The translations under genes and the position numbers were made by a program. From an uncultured Gemmatimonadaceae bacterium (GTDB taxonomy: Bacteria; Gemmatimonadota; Gemmatimonadetes; Gemmatimonadales; Gemmatimonadaceae), in assembly GCA_963751275.1 (NCBI GenBank), contig CAVVTZ010000007.1, positions 64,001 to 128,000 of the forward strand: a stretch of 64,000 nucleotides of DNA, given 5' to 3'. Positions 41,143 through 51,573 of this stretch are shown in pieces; the stretch's first letter is position 1, and each line of letters starts with the position of its first letter. Below the pieces are notes generated by a model. That model was not told the origin of the DNA and made no database searches. It saw nothing but the letters and a program-made list of their open reading frames with translations.

Positions 41143-42558
41143 ATGGCGACACGGCCGGCTGGTCTCCAGAACGCCGTACTCACTCTCCTCGTGTGCGCCC
41201 TCGCGGCGGGTTGCGCGGGCGCGCCCCCCTTCTCGGAACCGGCGACACCGCCGGCGACGAGCTCCACGGCACCCGCGGCGGCCGCGAAGCCGGCAGCGCC
41301 CGCCGGGCCGGCCGCGGATGGGTTCGGTCCATACCGGACCGCCGGCATGCTCGTGCAAGCGCTGCCGATCCCCTTCGTCGGATCGGTGCACTATTTCGCG
41401 GGGGCTGACCCCGACAGCACGCTCGCGCTCGTCGCGGTCTCCATGGCGAACCGCTCCCTGATGTTCACGGCGGACGCGGGCAAAGGCGACCACGCGACGT
41501 TCTCGGTGGGGATCGTCGTGCGCGACAGCACGCACGCCATCGCGCACACCGAGGATCAACAGTCGATCGTGGTGCAGACGTTCAAGGAGACGATGCGCGG
41601 CGACGAGACGATCGTGTTCCAGCGCTACATCTTGGTGCCGCCTGGCTCATACACGATGACGGTCTCGGTGACGGACCGCGCCACCGGGAACGCCTCGGTC
41701 GCGCAGATCCCCATTACGGCGCCGAGTTTCGGGAACGGCACGCTCTCTTCGCCGACCACGGTCTTTCGCGCCAGCGCACGCGGACGCCGCGACACGCTAC
41801 CCGACGTCATCGCGAACCCGCGCTCCACACTGGTCTTCGGACGCGATTCCCTCGCGCCGATCTATCTGGAAGGATACGGCCTGGCGGCCGGCACACGGCT
41901 CGCGCTCACGGTGGAGAACCCCGACCACGGCGTGCTGCTCACCGACACGGTCACCCTGACCCGCCAGCTGCCGATCGCCGGCGCGGAATTCGATCTGCCC
42001 ATGCCGCGGCTGGGACTCGGCCGCCGCACGGTGACCGCGATGGTGGTCGGTTCGCGCGACACGGTGCGCACGCCGCTCTTCATCACGGTGGGCGAAAGCC
42101 TCGGCATCGTGAATTTCGACGAGCTCCTGAGCTACCTGCGCTACTTCGCGACACCGGAACGGCTCCAGGCGCTGCGCGCCACCCCGCCGGCCCAACGCGG
42201 TGCCGCATGGTATGCCTTCTGGAAGGAGAGCGACCCGAATCCGGCGACGGCGGACAACGAGGCCCTCATCGACTACTTCGACCGGATCCAGTCGGCCAAC
42301 AAACAGTTCAAGGAGACCGGCGAGCCGGGCTGGCTCACCGACCGCGGCAAGGTCTACATCACGCTCGGCGAGCCCGACCAGGTCATGGGCTCGAATGGGA
42401 AAGGGCTCACGCCGAGTGGCCGCAGCCAATTCTGGGCCTATGCGCGCCACGGCATTCGCCTCGAGTTCGTCGATCAGAATGGCTACGGACGCTGGCGCCT
42501 GACGCAGCGGAGCGAGGCCGAGTTCGATCAGATCGCCGGCCAGGAAATGGCACACTGA
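41143..42558 (+). CDS. GWxTD-domain lipoprotein
   Basis: Lipobox LAAGC; FWKESDPNP, GWLTDRGKVYITLGEPD. Confidence 0.85.
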   Translation: MATRPAGLQNAVLTLLVCALAAGCAGAPPFSEPATPPATSSTAPAAAAKPAAPAGPAADGFGPYRTAGMLVQALPIPFVGSVHYFAGADPDSTLALVAVSMANRSLMFTADAGKGDHATFSVGIVVRDSTHAIAHTEDQQSIVVQTFKETMRGDETIVFQRYILVPPGSYTMTVSVTDRATGNASVAQIPITAPSFGNGTLSSPTTVFRASARGRRDTLPDVIANPRSTLVFGRDSLAPIYLEGYGLAAGTRLALTVENPDHGVLLTDTVTLTRQLPIAGAEFDLPMPRLGLGRRTVTAMVVGSRDTVRTPLFITVGESLGIVNFDELLSYLRYFATPERLQALRATPPAQRGAAWYAFWKESDPNPATADNEALIDYFDRIQSANKQFKETGEPGWLTDRGKVYITLGEPDQVMGSNGKGLTPSGRSQFWAYARHGIRLEFVDQNGYGRWRLTQRSEAEFDQIAGQEMAH

Positions 42559-42677
42559 CGCGCGGCGCAGGATGAACGCCGGGCAGCCGGAAGCGCGTTG
42601 CCGTTATCTTACGGGAGCGCGCTTCTTGCCTTCGGGCGCCCGACCGCGGGCCCTGTCACGCGACCGAGTCCTCCGTC

Positions 42678-45509
42678 ATGCAGCCACCGTCCTCGCCCCG
42701 GCTCTTCCTCGTCGATGGATACGCGCTGATCTATCGCGCGTTCTTCGCGCTCATCGCGCGCCCGCTCAAGACGAGTCGCGGCGAGAACACCTCGGCGAGC
42801 TGGGGGATCGTCAACTTCCTGCGCCGGCTGCACGCCACGCACCGGCCCGAGTACATCGCCTGGGTGCACGACGCCGGGCTGTCGTTCCGCCATGAGCGGT
42901 ATCCCGCGTACAAGGCGACGCGCGAGAAACTCACCGACGAATTGCAGGCGGATTTCGACACGAGCCTGAAACGCATCGTGGCACTGCTCGACGCCTTCCG
43001 CATCCAGGTCGTGACGGTCGAGGGCTACGAGGCCGATGATGTCATCGGCACGTTGGCGACCCAGGCGCACGCGCGCTCGCTGAATTCCGTGATCGTGTCG
43101 GGCGACAAGGATTTCCAACAACTCGTCGCGCCGGACATTTGGCTCCTGAACCCCGGCCGCGGCGGGCCGGCGGCCGTGGATGAGCACTGGGTGGGGATGG
43201 AGAACGCGAGTGAGCGGCTCGGCGTGCCCCCGGAACGCGTCACCGATTATCTCGCCCTCGTCGGCGACACATCCGACAACGTGCCGGGAGTCAAAGGGAT
43301 CGGCGAGAAGACCGCGGTGGACCTGATCAACACCTACGGCGACCTCGATGCGATCCTCGCGCATGCCGCGCAGATCACGAACAAGCGGCCGCGCGAGGCG
43401 CTGCTCGCGCGCGAAGCCGAGGCACGCCTCTCGAAGGATCTCGTCACGATCCGCCGGGATGTCCCGGTGACGCTCGATCTCGAGAAGTTCAAGGCGCGGG
43501 AGCCCGACCACGAACGGCTGCGCGGGATGTTCGTCGAATTGGAGTTCCATTCGCTCGCGAAGGAGCACGCGGCGAAGGGACAGGCGGCGAGAGAGGACGC
43601 GCTGCCGGAACCTGAGAGGAAGGCGGCGTCGACGTTCAAGACCGTGGACACGCCGGCGGCGGTGCGCGCCGCGGTCGCCCGGGCCCGCGCGGCGCCGTTC
43701 ATCTCGATCGACACCGAGACGGTCGTCGCCGCGGACAGTCCGATCGATGTGGATCCCATGCGCTCCACGTTGATCGGGATTTCGATGGCGGTCGGTCCCG
43801 GCGAAGCCTATTACTTCCCGTTCGGTCACCGCACGAAGCACACGGCGGCGCAGGGGGAGCTGATCCCGGTGGAGACCGCTCCCGCGATGGACAAGGCGAA
43901 CCTGCCGCCACTGGCTTCGGCCGCGCTCGCGCCGCTGCGCGAGCTGATCGAGGATCCCGCGGTGAAGAAGACGGCGCAGAACGGGAAGTACGACCTGCTC
44001 GTGTTGCGGCGCGCCGGCGTGCAGCTGCGCGGACTCGATTTCGACACGATGCTGGCCAGCTATGTGCTCGATCCGGGGCGTCGCTCGCATGGACTGGACA
44101 TGCTCGCGCTGGAGTTCCTCGAGCGGCGCACGACATCGTATCAGGAACTCACGGGCAAAGGTCGCGATGCGATCACCTTCGATCTCGTGCCGGTCGACGC
44201 CGCCCGCGAGTACTCGTGCGAGGATGCCGATGTCACCTTCCAACTCCGCCAGCGTTTCGAGCCGCTCGTCGAGTCCCTGGGCGTCGGGAAGCTGCTGCGC
44301 GAGATCGAGGTGCCGCTGATCGATGTGCTCGCCGACATGGAATGGACCGGCATCCGGATCGACCGCGCGTGGTTCGCGAAACTGAAGGAACGGTTCCAGG
44401 CCGATCGGCGGAAGGTCGAGCAGCAGATCTACGCGGCGGCCGGCAGCGAATTCAACATCAACTCGAACGCCCAGCTCCGAACGGTGCTCTTCGAGACGCT
44501 GAAGCTGCCGATCCTCAAGAAGACGCCGACCGGACCATCGACCGATGCATCGGTGTTGCAGGAGCTGGCCGATCAGGGGCACACCTTCCCGCAACTCCTC
44601 ATGGAATACCGGGAGCTCGCGAAGCTCGAGAGCACGTATCTCGATTCGCTCCCGGCGCTGGTCAATCCGGAGACCGGCCGGCTTCACACGAACTTCAATC
44701 AGACGGTCGCGAGCACGGGCCGCCTGTCGTCCACGGACCCGAACCTCCAGAACATCCCGATCCGGCGCGAACTGGGCCGCGACATTCGCCGCGGCTTCGT
44801 GCCGGAAGAAGGCTGGCGATTCATTGCCGCGGATTACTCGCAGATCGAATTGCGGTTGCTCGCGCACATCTCGCGCGACGAGGCGTTCGTGCAGGCGTTC
44901 CTCGCGGGCGGCGACATTCACCGCCAGACCGCCGCGCTGATATTCGCCGTCCCCGTGGCGGAGGTGACCGCGGAGATGCGTGCGCGCGCGAAGACCATCA
45001 ACTTCGCGACGATCTACGGCCAGGGCGCGCACGCCCTCTCGCGGCAGCTCAAGGTGGAGCACGCGGAGGCCAGGCGCTTCATCGACGAATACTTCGAACG
45101 CTTTGCCGGGGTCCGCGCCTATCTGACGGCGATCGTGGAGTCCGCGCGCGACAAGGGCTACGTCGAAACGCTCTTCGGGCGCCGGCGCTATATCCCCGAA
45201 TTGAAGGACGCGAATTTCAATACCCGCGCATTCGGCGAACGCACCGCGGCCAATTCGGTGATCCAAGGTTCCGCGGCGGACCTCATCAAGATCGCCATGA
45301 TCCGTGTGCACCAGCGGCTGCGCGATGAGAAGAAACGGTCACGCTTGCTGCTGCAGGTGCACGATGAACTGGTGCTCGAGGCCCCGCCGGAGGAACTGAA
45401 GGCGACGGGGGATCTCGTGCAGTTTGAAATGGAGCACGCGGCGACCCTCTCGGTGCCCCTGGTCGTCGATATCGGAGAAGGCGTGAACTGGATGGACGCC
45501 AAGAGCTGA
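42678..45509 (+). CDS. polA: DNA polymerase I
   Basis: 5'-3' exonuclease (LVDG, EADD), TGRLSS, DYSQIELR, KTINF, QVHDEL. Confidence 0.97.
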   Translation: MQPPSSPRLFLVDGYALIYRAFFALIARPLKTSRGENTSASWGIVNFLRRLHATHRPEYIAWVHDAGLSFRHERYPAYKATREKLTDELQADFDTSLKRIVALLDAFRIQVVTVEGYEADDVIGTLATQAHARSLNSVIVSGDKDFQQLVAPDIWLLNPGRGGPAAVDEHWVGMENASERLGVPPERVTDYLALVGDTSDNVPGVKGIGEKTAVDLINTYGDLDAILAHAAQITNKRPREALLAREAEARLSKDLVTIRRDVPVTLDLEKFKAREPDHERLRGMFVELEFHSLAKEHAAKGQAAREDALPEPERKAASTFKTVDTPAAVRAAVARARAAPFISIDTETVVAADSPIDVDPMRSTLIGISMAVGPGEAYYFPFGHRTKHTAAQGELIPVETAPAMDKANLPPLASAALAPLRELIEDPAVKKTAQNGKYDLLVLRRAGVQLRGLDFDTMLASYVLDPGRRSHGLDMLALEFLERRTTSYQELTGKGRDAITFDLVPVDAAREYSCEDADVTFQLRQRFEPLVESLGVGKLLREIEVPLIDVLADMEWTGIRIDRAWFAKLKERFQADRRKVEQQIYAAAGSEFNINSNAQLRTVLFETLKLPILKKTPTGPSTDASVLQELADQGHTFPQLLMEYRELAKLESTYLDSLPALVNPETGRLHTNFNQTVASTGRLSSTDPNLQNIPIRRELGRDIRRGFVPEEGWRFIAADYSQIELRLLAHISRDEAFVQAFLAGGDIHRQTAALIFAVPVAEVTAEMRARAKTINFATIYGQGAHALSRQLKVEHAEARRFIDEYFERFAGVRAYLTAIVESARDKGYVETLFGRRRYIPELKDANFNTRAFGERTAANSVIQGSAADLIKIAMIRVHQRLRDEKKRSRLLLQVHDELVLEAPPEELKATGDLVQFEMEHAATLSVPLVVDIGEGVNWMDAKS

Positions 45510-45665
45510 ACGATTCCGTTGCGTTAGTGCCCCCGCTTCAGTCTTCCTTCGGCCAGGGCTAGTTGGAACGGCCTGGATGTTGCGCCTTGTCAGCCTGTGG
45601 CGTTAGCATCTTTACCTGGGGCGGGCATGAAATCACCCACCCCTGATCTCTCATTTGGCAAGGCG

Positions 45666-46049
45666 ATGCCCCTTCGCGCGCGGCCTGGATTCTCCCTGTT
45701 CGAGCTCTTTACCGTGCTCGTGATCATGGGCATCCTGACCGCCCTCGCGGTGCCGCGCATCCATATGTATAAGCATCGGTTCTACATCGCCACCATGATC
45801 TCGGACCTGCGAAATCTCGCCGTGACAGAGGAGTCTTACTTCGGCGCCGCTGATTTCTACACGAACGACGTCGCGGCGTTGAAGTTCGTTCCGAGTCCGT
45901 ATGTCTCGATCATATTCGTTGAAGCGGACAGCACCGGTTGGTCGGCGAAGGCTGCATACGTGAATGACACGAGCATTTGCGCCGTCTATTACGGCAACGC
46001 GGCGGTGCTCCCACCTGCCACGACCAAGGCGCAGATCGCCTGTCAGTAG
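45666..46049 (+). CDS. Type IV pilin-like protein
   Basis: Prepilin motif G|FSLFE and a C-terminal Cys pair. Confidence 0.8.
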   Translation: MPLRARPGFSLFELFTVLVIMGILTALAVPRIHMYKHRFYIATMISDLRNLAVTEESYFGAADFYTNDVAALKFVPSPYVSIIFVEADSTGWSAKAAYVNDTSICAVYYGNAAVLPPATTKAQIACQ

Positions 46050-46182
46050 CCTTTCCCGATCACTCCCAGAGGGCTTGCACTCTGCGGCTTTTGTGGCATT
46101 TCAAGCGGTCAGGATTACCGAACGGTCGGCCATAAAGTCCCTAATCTATGATGTAGCAACGCCTTGGCGACGCGCTTCGGCG

Positions 46183-46199
46183 GGGACTCTCGATTGCAT
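46183..46199 (+). promoter_or_regulatory. Possible sigma54 (-24/-12) promoter upstream of the second pilin gene
   Basis: GG-N10-GC with TTGCAT (GGGACTCTCGATTGCAT); the -24 half is imperfect. Confidence 0.3.
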
Positions 46200-46240
46200 T
46201 CGTATCGGGGAATATGGTCACCCCGACCCGAACGCACTCG

Positions 46241-46630
46241 ATGATGAATCGCTCTCGCGACGCTGGCTTCACGCTCGTGGAACTGATGGTCGTGGTCGTG
46301 GTCCTCGGCGTTCTCGTGGCGATCGCGATCCCGAAGTTCTCGAACACCAAGACCAAAGCGATCGACGCGTCCATGAAGTCCGACCTGCGCAACCTCGCGT
46401 CGGCGCAGGAAGGTTACTACTACACGAATTCCGTCTACACGGCGGTGGTGGCGAACTTGAATTACCTCTCATCGCCCGGCGTGACGATCACGATCCCCGA
46501 GGCGACAGCCGGCGGTTGGTCGGCTGTGGCGACCAGTCCGGCCGCCGGCGCGGTACAATGCGCCGTCTTCTTCGGCACCGCGGCGCCGGTCGCACCCGCG
46601 ACCGTCGAGGGACAGATCGCCTGCGGCTGA
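46241..46630 (+). CDS. Type IV pilin-like protein
   Basis: G|FTLVELMVVVVVLGVLVAIAIP; paralogue of the upstream pilin (SDLRNLA). Confidence 0.88.
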   Translation: MMNRSRDAGFTLVELMVVVVVLGVLVAIAIPKFSNTKTKAIDASMKSDLRNLASAQEGYYYTNSVYTAVVANLNYLSSPGVTITIPEATAGGWSAVATSPAAGAVQCAVFFGTAAPVAPATVEGQIACG

Positions 46631-46643
46631 GCCCGCGTGCCCG

Positions 46644-46916
46644 TTGACCGGCGCACCGTACCGGGAATTCGAGCGGCGTCGCGATGGGATGATCTTCGCG
46701 ATGGATGGCGGCCTCTGGTTGCACCGCCATTTCTATCGAGGCCACCCGATGGCGCACCTCGTGTCCACGGATCGCGAGCGGCTCGTCGCATACGGCCGCG
46801 CGGCCGGATTGTCGATCGAGCGTCTGCAGTACAAACCGCTCCGCGATCCACGCAGCGGCGAGCGGCGCGACGCATGGCACTGGGACCTCGTGGGAGAATT
46901 CCTCCCGTCGCGTTGA
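46644..46916 (+). CDS. Small hypothetical protein (DUF4031-like)
   Basis: AHLVS...L.....GL.....Q...HWDL pattern. Confidence 0.55.
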   Translation: MTGAPYREFERRRDGMIFAMDGGLWLHRHFYRGHPMAHLVSTDRERLVAYGRAAGLSIERLQYKPLRDPRSGERRDAWHWDLVGEFLPSR

Positions 46917-46920
46917 TCCG

Positions 46921-47838
46921 CTAGCGCTCGCCGAGCGCCTGTGGCGCGGCCAGCCGGCCGCCCACGCCGGCGAGTGCGACCAGCGTCACGAGGTACGGCA
47001 GCGCGAGGAAGAGTTGATACGGCAGTGCGAATCCCATCGCCTGCAGCGCGAACTGCAACGCGCTTGCCGCACCGAAGAACAGGGACGCGAGCGCAACGCC
47101 CGCGGGGCTCCAACGTCCGAGCACCACGATCGCGATCGCGATGAAACCGCGGCCCGCGGACATTCCCTCCGCGAACGTGCCGGCCTGCGCGAGCACCAGC
47201 GTCGCCCCACTCGCGCCGCCGAGCGCTCCGCCGAAGAGCAGCGCCTGCCACTTCACCCGGCGCGGCGCGATGCCCGCGACCAGCGCACTCGCCGGCCGCT
47301 CGCCGACCGCACGCAGCGCGAGCCCATGGTGCGTCCGGTAGAGCCACCAGGTGACGGCCGGCACGAGCACGTAGATCGCGTACGTGATCCACGGCTGATC
47401 GAAGAATGCTGCTCCGATGAGCGGAATGCGGGCGAGCAGCGGCACCGCGATCGCGGCGCTCGTCGGGATCGACAGCGCGGCCCCGGACGTGCCATAGAGA
47501 TCGCGATAGAGCGCTCCCGTGAGTCCGAGCGCGAGCAGATTCACGGCCGTACCGGTGATGATCTGGTCGCAGCGCAGTTCGATCGTGAAGACGCCGAAGA
47601 TGATCACGATCGCCGCACCGCTGGCGATCCCCGCGAGGAATCCGGCCGCGACGCCGCCGGCGCTCGCGCCGACGAGCGCCCCGAAGGCGCCGCCCAGGAT
47701 CACACCCTCGAGTCCGATGTTGATGATCCCCGAGCGTTCCACCACGCACTCGCCCACCGCCGCGAGCGCGAGCGGCGTCGCCATTCGGACCGTCGCGGGA
47801 AGGAACGCCTGCAGGAACGCCAGGATCATCGCGCTCAC
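46921..47838 (-). CDS. Nucleoside/sugar ABC transporter permease
   Basis: ERSGIINIGLEG, GRGFIAIA, LPY. Confidence 0.9.
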   Translation of the reverse strand: MSAMILAFLQAFLPATVRMATPLALAAVGECVVERSGIINIGLEGVILGGAFGALVGASAGGVAAGFLAGIASGAAIVIIFGVFTIELRCDQIITGTAVNLLALGLTGALYRDLYGTSGAALSIPTSAAIAVPLLARIPLIGAAFFDQPWITYAIYVLVPAVTWWLYRTHHGLALRAVGERPASALVAGIAPRRVKWQALLFGGALGGASGATLVLAQAGTFAEGMSAGRGFIAIAIVVLGRWSPAGVALASLFFGAASALQFALQAMGFALPYQLFLALPYLVTLVALAGVGGRLAAPQALGER

Positions 47839-48932
47839 AGGGCCTCCGCGGCATCGCCGCGCGGCCGGCGCCCCAGCAGCGAACCGAGCGAACCGAGGCG
47901 CCGAGACGAGCCGGCGAGCGCGAGCAGGATCAACGCGCCCTCGACGATCGAGACCGTCACGGCGGGGATCCCCGCCTCCCGCTGCATGGCGAGCGCCCCC
48001 GACTCGAGTCCACCGAACAGGACCGCCGTGGCCACCACCACGAGTGGATCGAGCCGCGCGAGCAGTGCGACCGCGATCGCCGTGAATCCGTAGCCGGGCG
48101 ACAGATTCTCATAGAGTGCGAACGTGACTCCGGTGAGCTCCACCGCACCGGCGAGCCCGGCCAACGCACCGCTCGCCAGGAACGCGCGCGCGCGCGTCCG
48201 GCCGACGTCGATCGTGCCCGCGACCGCGGCGGCCTCCGGATTCTCGCCGACCGCCCGCACTCGGAAGCCGGAAGCGGTCCGGCCAAGGACCCACCAGAGC
48301 GCGGGCGCGGCGATCACCGCGATCACGAGCCCCCAATGGAGCCGCGAGCCCGCGACGAATCTCGGGATCCGCGCGATCGCGTCGATCGTCGCCGATTGCG
48401 GATAGATATGCGTGGACTCTTGCAGGGGGCCGCGTACGAGGTAGCCGACGAGATAGGCGGCGATGAAATTCAGCATGATCGTGCTGATCACTTCGAGTAC
48501 GCCATAGCGCTGGCGGAGGATGGACGCGATTGCCGCCCAGAGCGCGCCCGCCATCGCGCCCGCCGTGAGCGCGAGCGGCAGCGTGAATGGGCCCAGTACG
48601 TGCGCGCCGAAGATCGAGACGATCAATGCCGCGGTCGCGCCTACGAGCAGCTGTCCTTCCGCCCCAATGTTCCAGACGCCGGCGCGGAACGCGAGGGTCA
48701 CGCCGAGTCCGGCAAGGATCAGCGGCGTCGCGCGGACGAGTGTGGCCGAGGTCAGCGCATACCCGCTGCCGAAGGAACCCACCCACAGTGCGCGGAGCGC
48801 CGGTCCGACCTCGTGCCCGCCCACGGCGATCACCGCCGCGAGGATCGCCATCGCCACGGCCGCGCCGATGGCGATCGACGACGCAACGCGCAGTGCCCGG
48901 CGTGCCAGCGGATCCGGTCGGCCGCCGCTCAT
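47835..48932 (-). CDS. Nucleoside/sugar ABC transporter permease
   Basis: WNIGAEGQ, EVISTIMLN, GYGFTAIAVALL. Confidence 0.9.
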   Translation of the reverse strand: MSGGRPDPLARRALRVASSIAIGAAVAMAILAAVIAVGGHEVGPALRALWVGSFGSGYALTSATLVRATPLILAGLGVTLAFRAGVWNIGAEGQLLVGATAALIVSIFGAHVLGPFTLPLALTAGAMAGALWAAIASILRQRYGVLEVISTIMLNFIAAYLVGYLVRGPLQESTHIYPQSATIDAIARIPRFVAGSRLHWGLVIAVIAAPALWWVLGRTASGFRVRAVGENPEAAAVAGTIDVGRTRARAFLASGALAGLAGAVELTGVTFALYENLSPGYGFTAIAVALLARLDPLVVVATAVLFGGLESGALAMQREAGIPAVTVSIVEGALILLALAGSSRRLGSLGSLLGRRPRGDAAEAL

Positions 48933-50140
48933 CGCCGGCCCGACGCCAGTCGCTCCGCTTCAGGCAGACCGCGCAGCCGCCACATCGCGAGACATCCGAG
49001 CAACGGCCCGGCCGCGAGCGGCATGAACGCGTACGTCCATCCCCAGCGCGCCGCCCACAACGGGACGCCGCGAATGCTCACGATCGTGAGCAAGAATCCG
49101 AGCGAGGTCTGCAGTGTGAGGGCCGTGCCCGTGTACTCTGGCGGGACCAACTCGGTGATGCACGTCGAGAACTGCGCGGAATCCGCCACGACGCTCGCGC
49201 CCCACACCATCGTGATGAACAACAGGACGGCGGACGAGCCGCCCGCCAACGGTCCGATGATCAGGGCACATAGTCCGCTGATGGTCATCGCGCCGATGGT
49301 GAGCGCGGTGCGGCCGCTCCGGTCCGCGATCCAGCCGCCGGCCACGCAGCCTGCGGCCCCCGCCGCGAGGGTGCCGAACGTGATCAACGCCGGGAGCGCG
49401 GACGGATAACCGCGTGCCGTGGCGATCACCGCCCAGAACGCGGCCACCCAACTCCACATCGCATACAACTCCCACATGTGCCCGAGATAGCCCGCCGTCG
49501 CGAGCATCACGCCGCGGTCGCGCACGATGCGAGCGAACGCCGCGCGGTCGAGCGGTGACGAGCGCGCTTCGTACGGTCCTGCCTGTACCGCGAATCCGAA
49601 GACGCCCGCGGCGAGCAGCGCCGACCCAGCGGCCGCGAAGAGCACCAGCCGCCATTCTCCCTGCGGAACGATCACGCGCAGGAGATGTGGTGCAGCGGAT
49701 CCGAGCGAGAGCGCGCCAATGAGCACGCCCACCGCGAGGCCCCGGCGCTCGCGCCACCAACCCGCCACGATCTTCATTGCCGGCGGATAGACACCCGCTA
49801 GTGCGACACCGGTCAGCACGCGCCACGCGATCGCAGCACCGGCCGACGCGGTGCAGCACGCGATCGCAGCGGTGCTGGCGGCCGCCAGCGCGGCGCTCCA
49901 CGCCGCCAGTCGGCGCGCGCTCCAGCGGTCGCTCAGCATCGTCGCCGCGCTCAGCAGCGTTCCGCCGACGAATCCCAGCTGCACCGCCATCGTGAGCCAC
50001 GCCGTCGCCGCACCGGACAATCCCCACTCCGCCGCCATCGCCGGTGCGACCGCCGTGGTGCTGAACCAGGGCGCGAGCCCCAGCACGACCCCAACGGATG
50101 TCAACGCGAGCTGACGGCTCGCCGGTTCAGGGCGGTCCAT
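48929..50140 (-). CDS. MFS transporter
   Basis: About 12 TM segments; YPPAMK, GHMWELYAMW, ADSAQFS. Confidence 0.88.
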   Translation of the reverse strand: MDRPEPASRQLALTSVGVVLGLAPWFSTTAVAPAMAAEWGLSGAATAWLTMAVQLGFVGGTLLSAATMLSDRWSARRLAAWSAALAAASTAAIACCTASAGAAIAWRVLTGVALAGVYPPAMKIVAGWWRERRGLAVGVLIGALSLGSAAPHLLRVIVPQGEWRLVLFAAAGSALLAAGVFGFAVQAGPYEARSSPLDRAAFARIVRDRGVMLATAGYLGHMWELYAMWSWVAAFWAVIATARGYPSALPALITFGTLAAGAAGCVAGGWIADRSGRTALTIGAMTISGLCALIIGPLAGGSSAVLLFITMVWGASVVADSAQFSTCITELVPPEYTGTALTLQTSLGFLLTIVSIRGVPLWAARWGWTYAFMPLAAGPLLGCLAMWRLRGLPEAERLASGRR

Positions 50141-51573
50141 TATGCGGCCGTTCCAAGCAGAGCGAGCGCGATCGCCGCGCGCTCCATCGGTACCTCGCGC
50201 GCCACGCCGCCCTGCATGACGATCACACGATCGGCGAGTTCGAGCACCTCGTCCAGATCACTCGAATAGATGACGACGGCGCCGCCGGCGTCGCGCATGG
50301 CCAGGAGATGCCGGTGCATCGCGGCCGTCGCCGCCACATCGAGTCCGCGCGTGGGGTTCTCGGCGACCAACGCCGCCGGCCGGTCCCCGAGTTCTCGCGC
50401 CAGCACGAGCCGCTGCTGATTGCCCCCGGACAGTTCCCGCGCCAATGCTGTCGCGCGCGCCGGACGCACCTCGAACCGCTCGAGGAGTGACGTCGTCCGC
50501 GCGCGGATCTCCGGCCACGGCAGCACACCCCGCGCCGCGCCGGCGCCGCGCAGTGCGACATTCTCCTCCAGCGAGAAACCCAGCACGAGCGCATCGCGGT
50601 GGCGGTCCTCGGGAATGAACGCGACCGATGCCGGACGCTCCACGTGCCCGCCGTCCGGCACGCGGCGCCCCGCGAGCATGCGGAGGAGTTCGTGTTGCCC
50701 CGCGCCCTCGACACCGGCAATGCCGACCACCTCTCCAGCTCGCACGTCGAGCGAGACCCCACGCACCCGGCGCGCGCCCGCCGCGTCGCGTGCGTAGAGG
50801 TCGTGCGCGGCGAGCACGACGGCGCCCGGCTCCACGACGTGTCGCACGGCCGTCTCCCCGAGCCCGCCCACGGTCAGGCGCGCGAGCGCCTCCTCATCGG
50901 TCTTTCCCGGCGCACCCGTCCACACGCTTCGGCCGCGGCGCAGGACAGTGATCGTGTCCGCCGCGTCGAGCGCCTCGCGCAGCTTGTGGGTGATGAGCAC
51001 CACCGCGCCACCGCCGGTGGTGAAGCGGCGCAGCATCCGGAGCAGGTCCGCCGCTTCCGTGGGCGCGAGCACGGCGGTCGGCTCGTCGAGCACGAGGACG
51101 CGCGCGCCCCGCGCCAGCGCCTTCACGATCTCCAGACGTTGCTGGGCGCCCACCGGAAGATCCCCGGCACGCGCATTGGGGTCCAGCACGAGACCCGTCT
51201 CGACACCGATGCGGCGCACCGTCTCCGCGGCCGTCTCGCGCCGGTAGCGTCCGCGCCCGCCGAGCGCGACGTTCTCGGCGATGCTCATCGCGGGGACGAT
51301 GGTGAAATGCTGGTGCACCATCCCCACGCCGCGGGCGATCGCGTCGAGCGGTGACCGCGCGGTCATCACCTGACCGTCCACGGCGACGGTGCCGGCATCC
51401 GCGCGGATCAGCCCGAACGCGATCCGCATGAGCGTGGTCTTGCCCGCCCCGTTCTCGCCGAGCAGCGCGTGGAGAGACCCCCGCCGCACGCTCAGCGATG
51501 CATCCTCGAGCGCTTGCACCTCGCCGAATCGCTTCGCGATCCGCTCGAGCGTCAGCGCCGGTGCATCGCTCAC
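50140..51573 (-). CDS. ABC transporter ATP-binding protein (tandem domains)
   Basis: GENGAGKTT, LDEPT, LSGGNQQR. Confidence 0.92.
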   Translation of the reverse strand: MSDAPALTLERIAKRFGEVQALEDASLSVRRGSLHALLGENGAGKTTLMRIAFGLIRADAGTVAVDGQVMTARSPLDAIARGVGMVHQHFTIVPAMSIAENVALGGRGRYRRETAAETVRRIGVETGLVLDPNARAGDLPVGAQQRLEIVKALARGARVLVLDEPTAVLAPTEAADLLRMLRRFTTGGGAVVLITHKLREALDAADTITVLRRGRSVWTGAPGKTDEEALARLTVGGLGETAVRHVVEPGAVVLAAHDLYARDAAGARRVRGVSLDVRAGEVVGIAGVEGAGQHELLRMLAGRRVPDGGHVERPASVAFIPEDRHRDALVLGFSLEENVALRGAGAARGVLPWPEIRARTTSLLERFEVRPARATALARELSGGNQQRLVLARELGDRPAALVAENPTRGLDVAATAAMHRHLLAMRDAGGAVVIYSSDLDEVLELADRVIVMQGGVAREVPMERAAIALALLGTAA

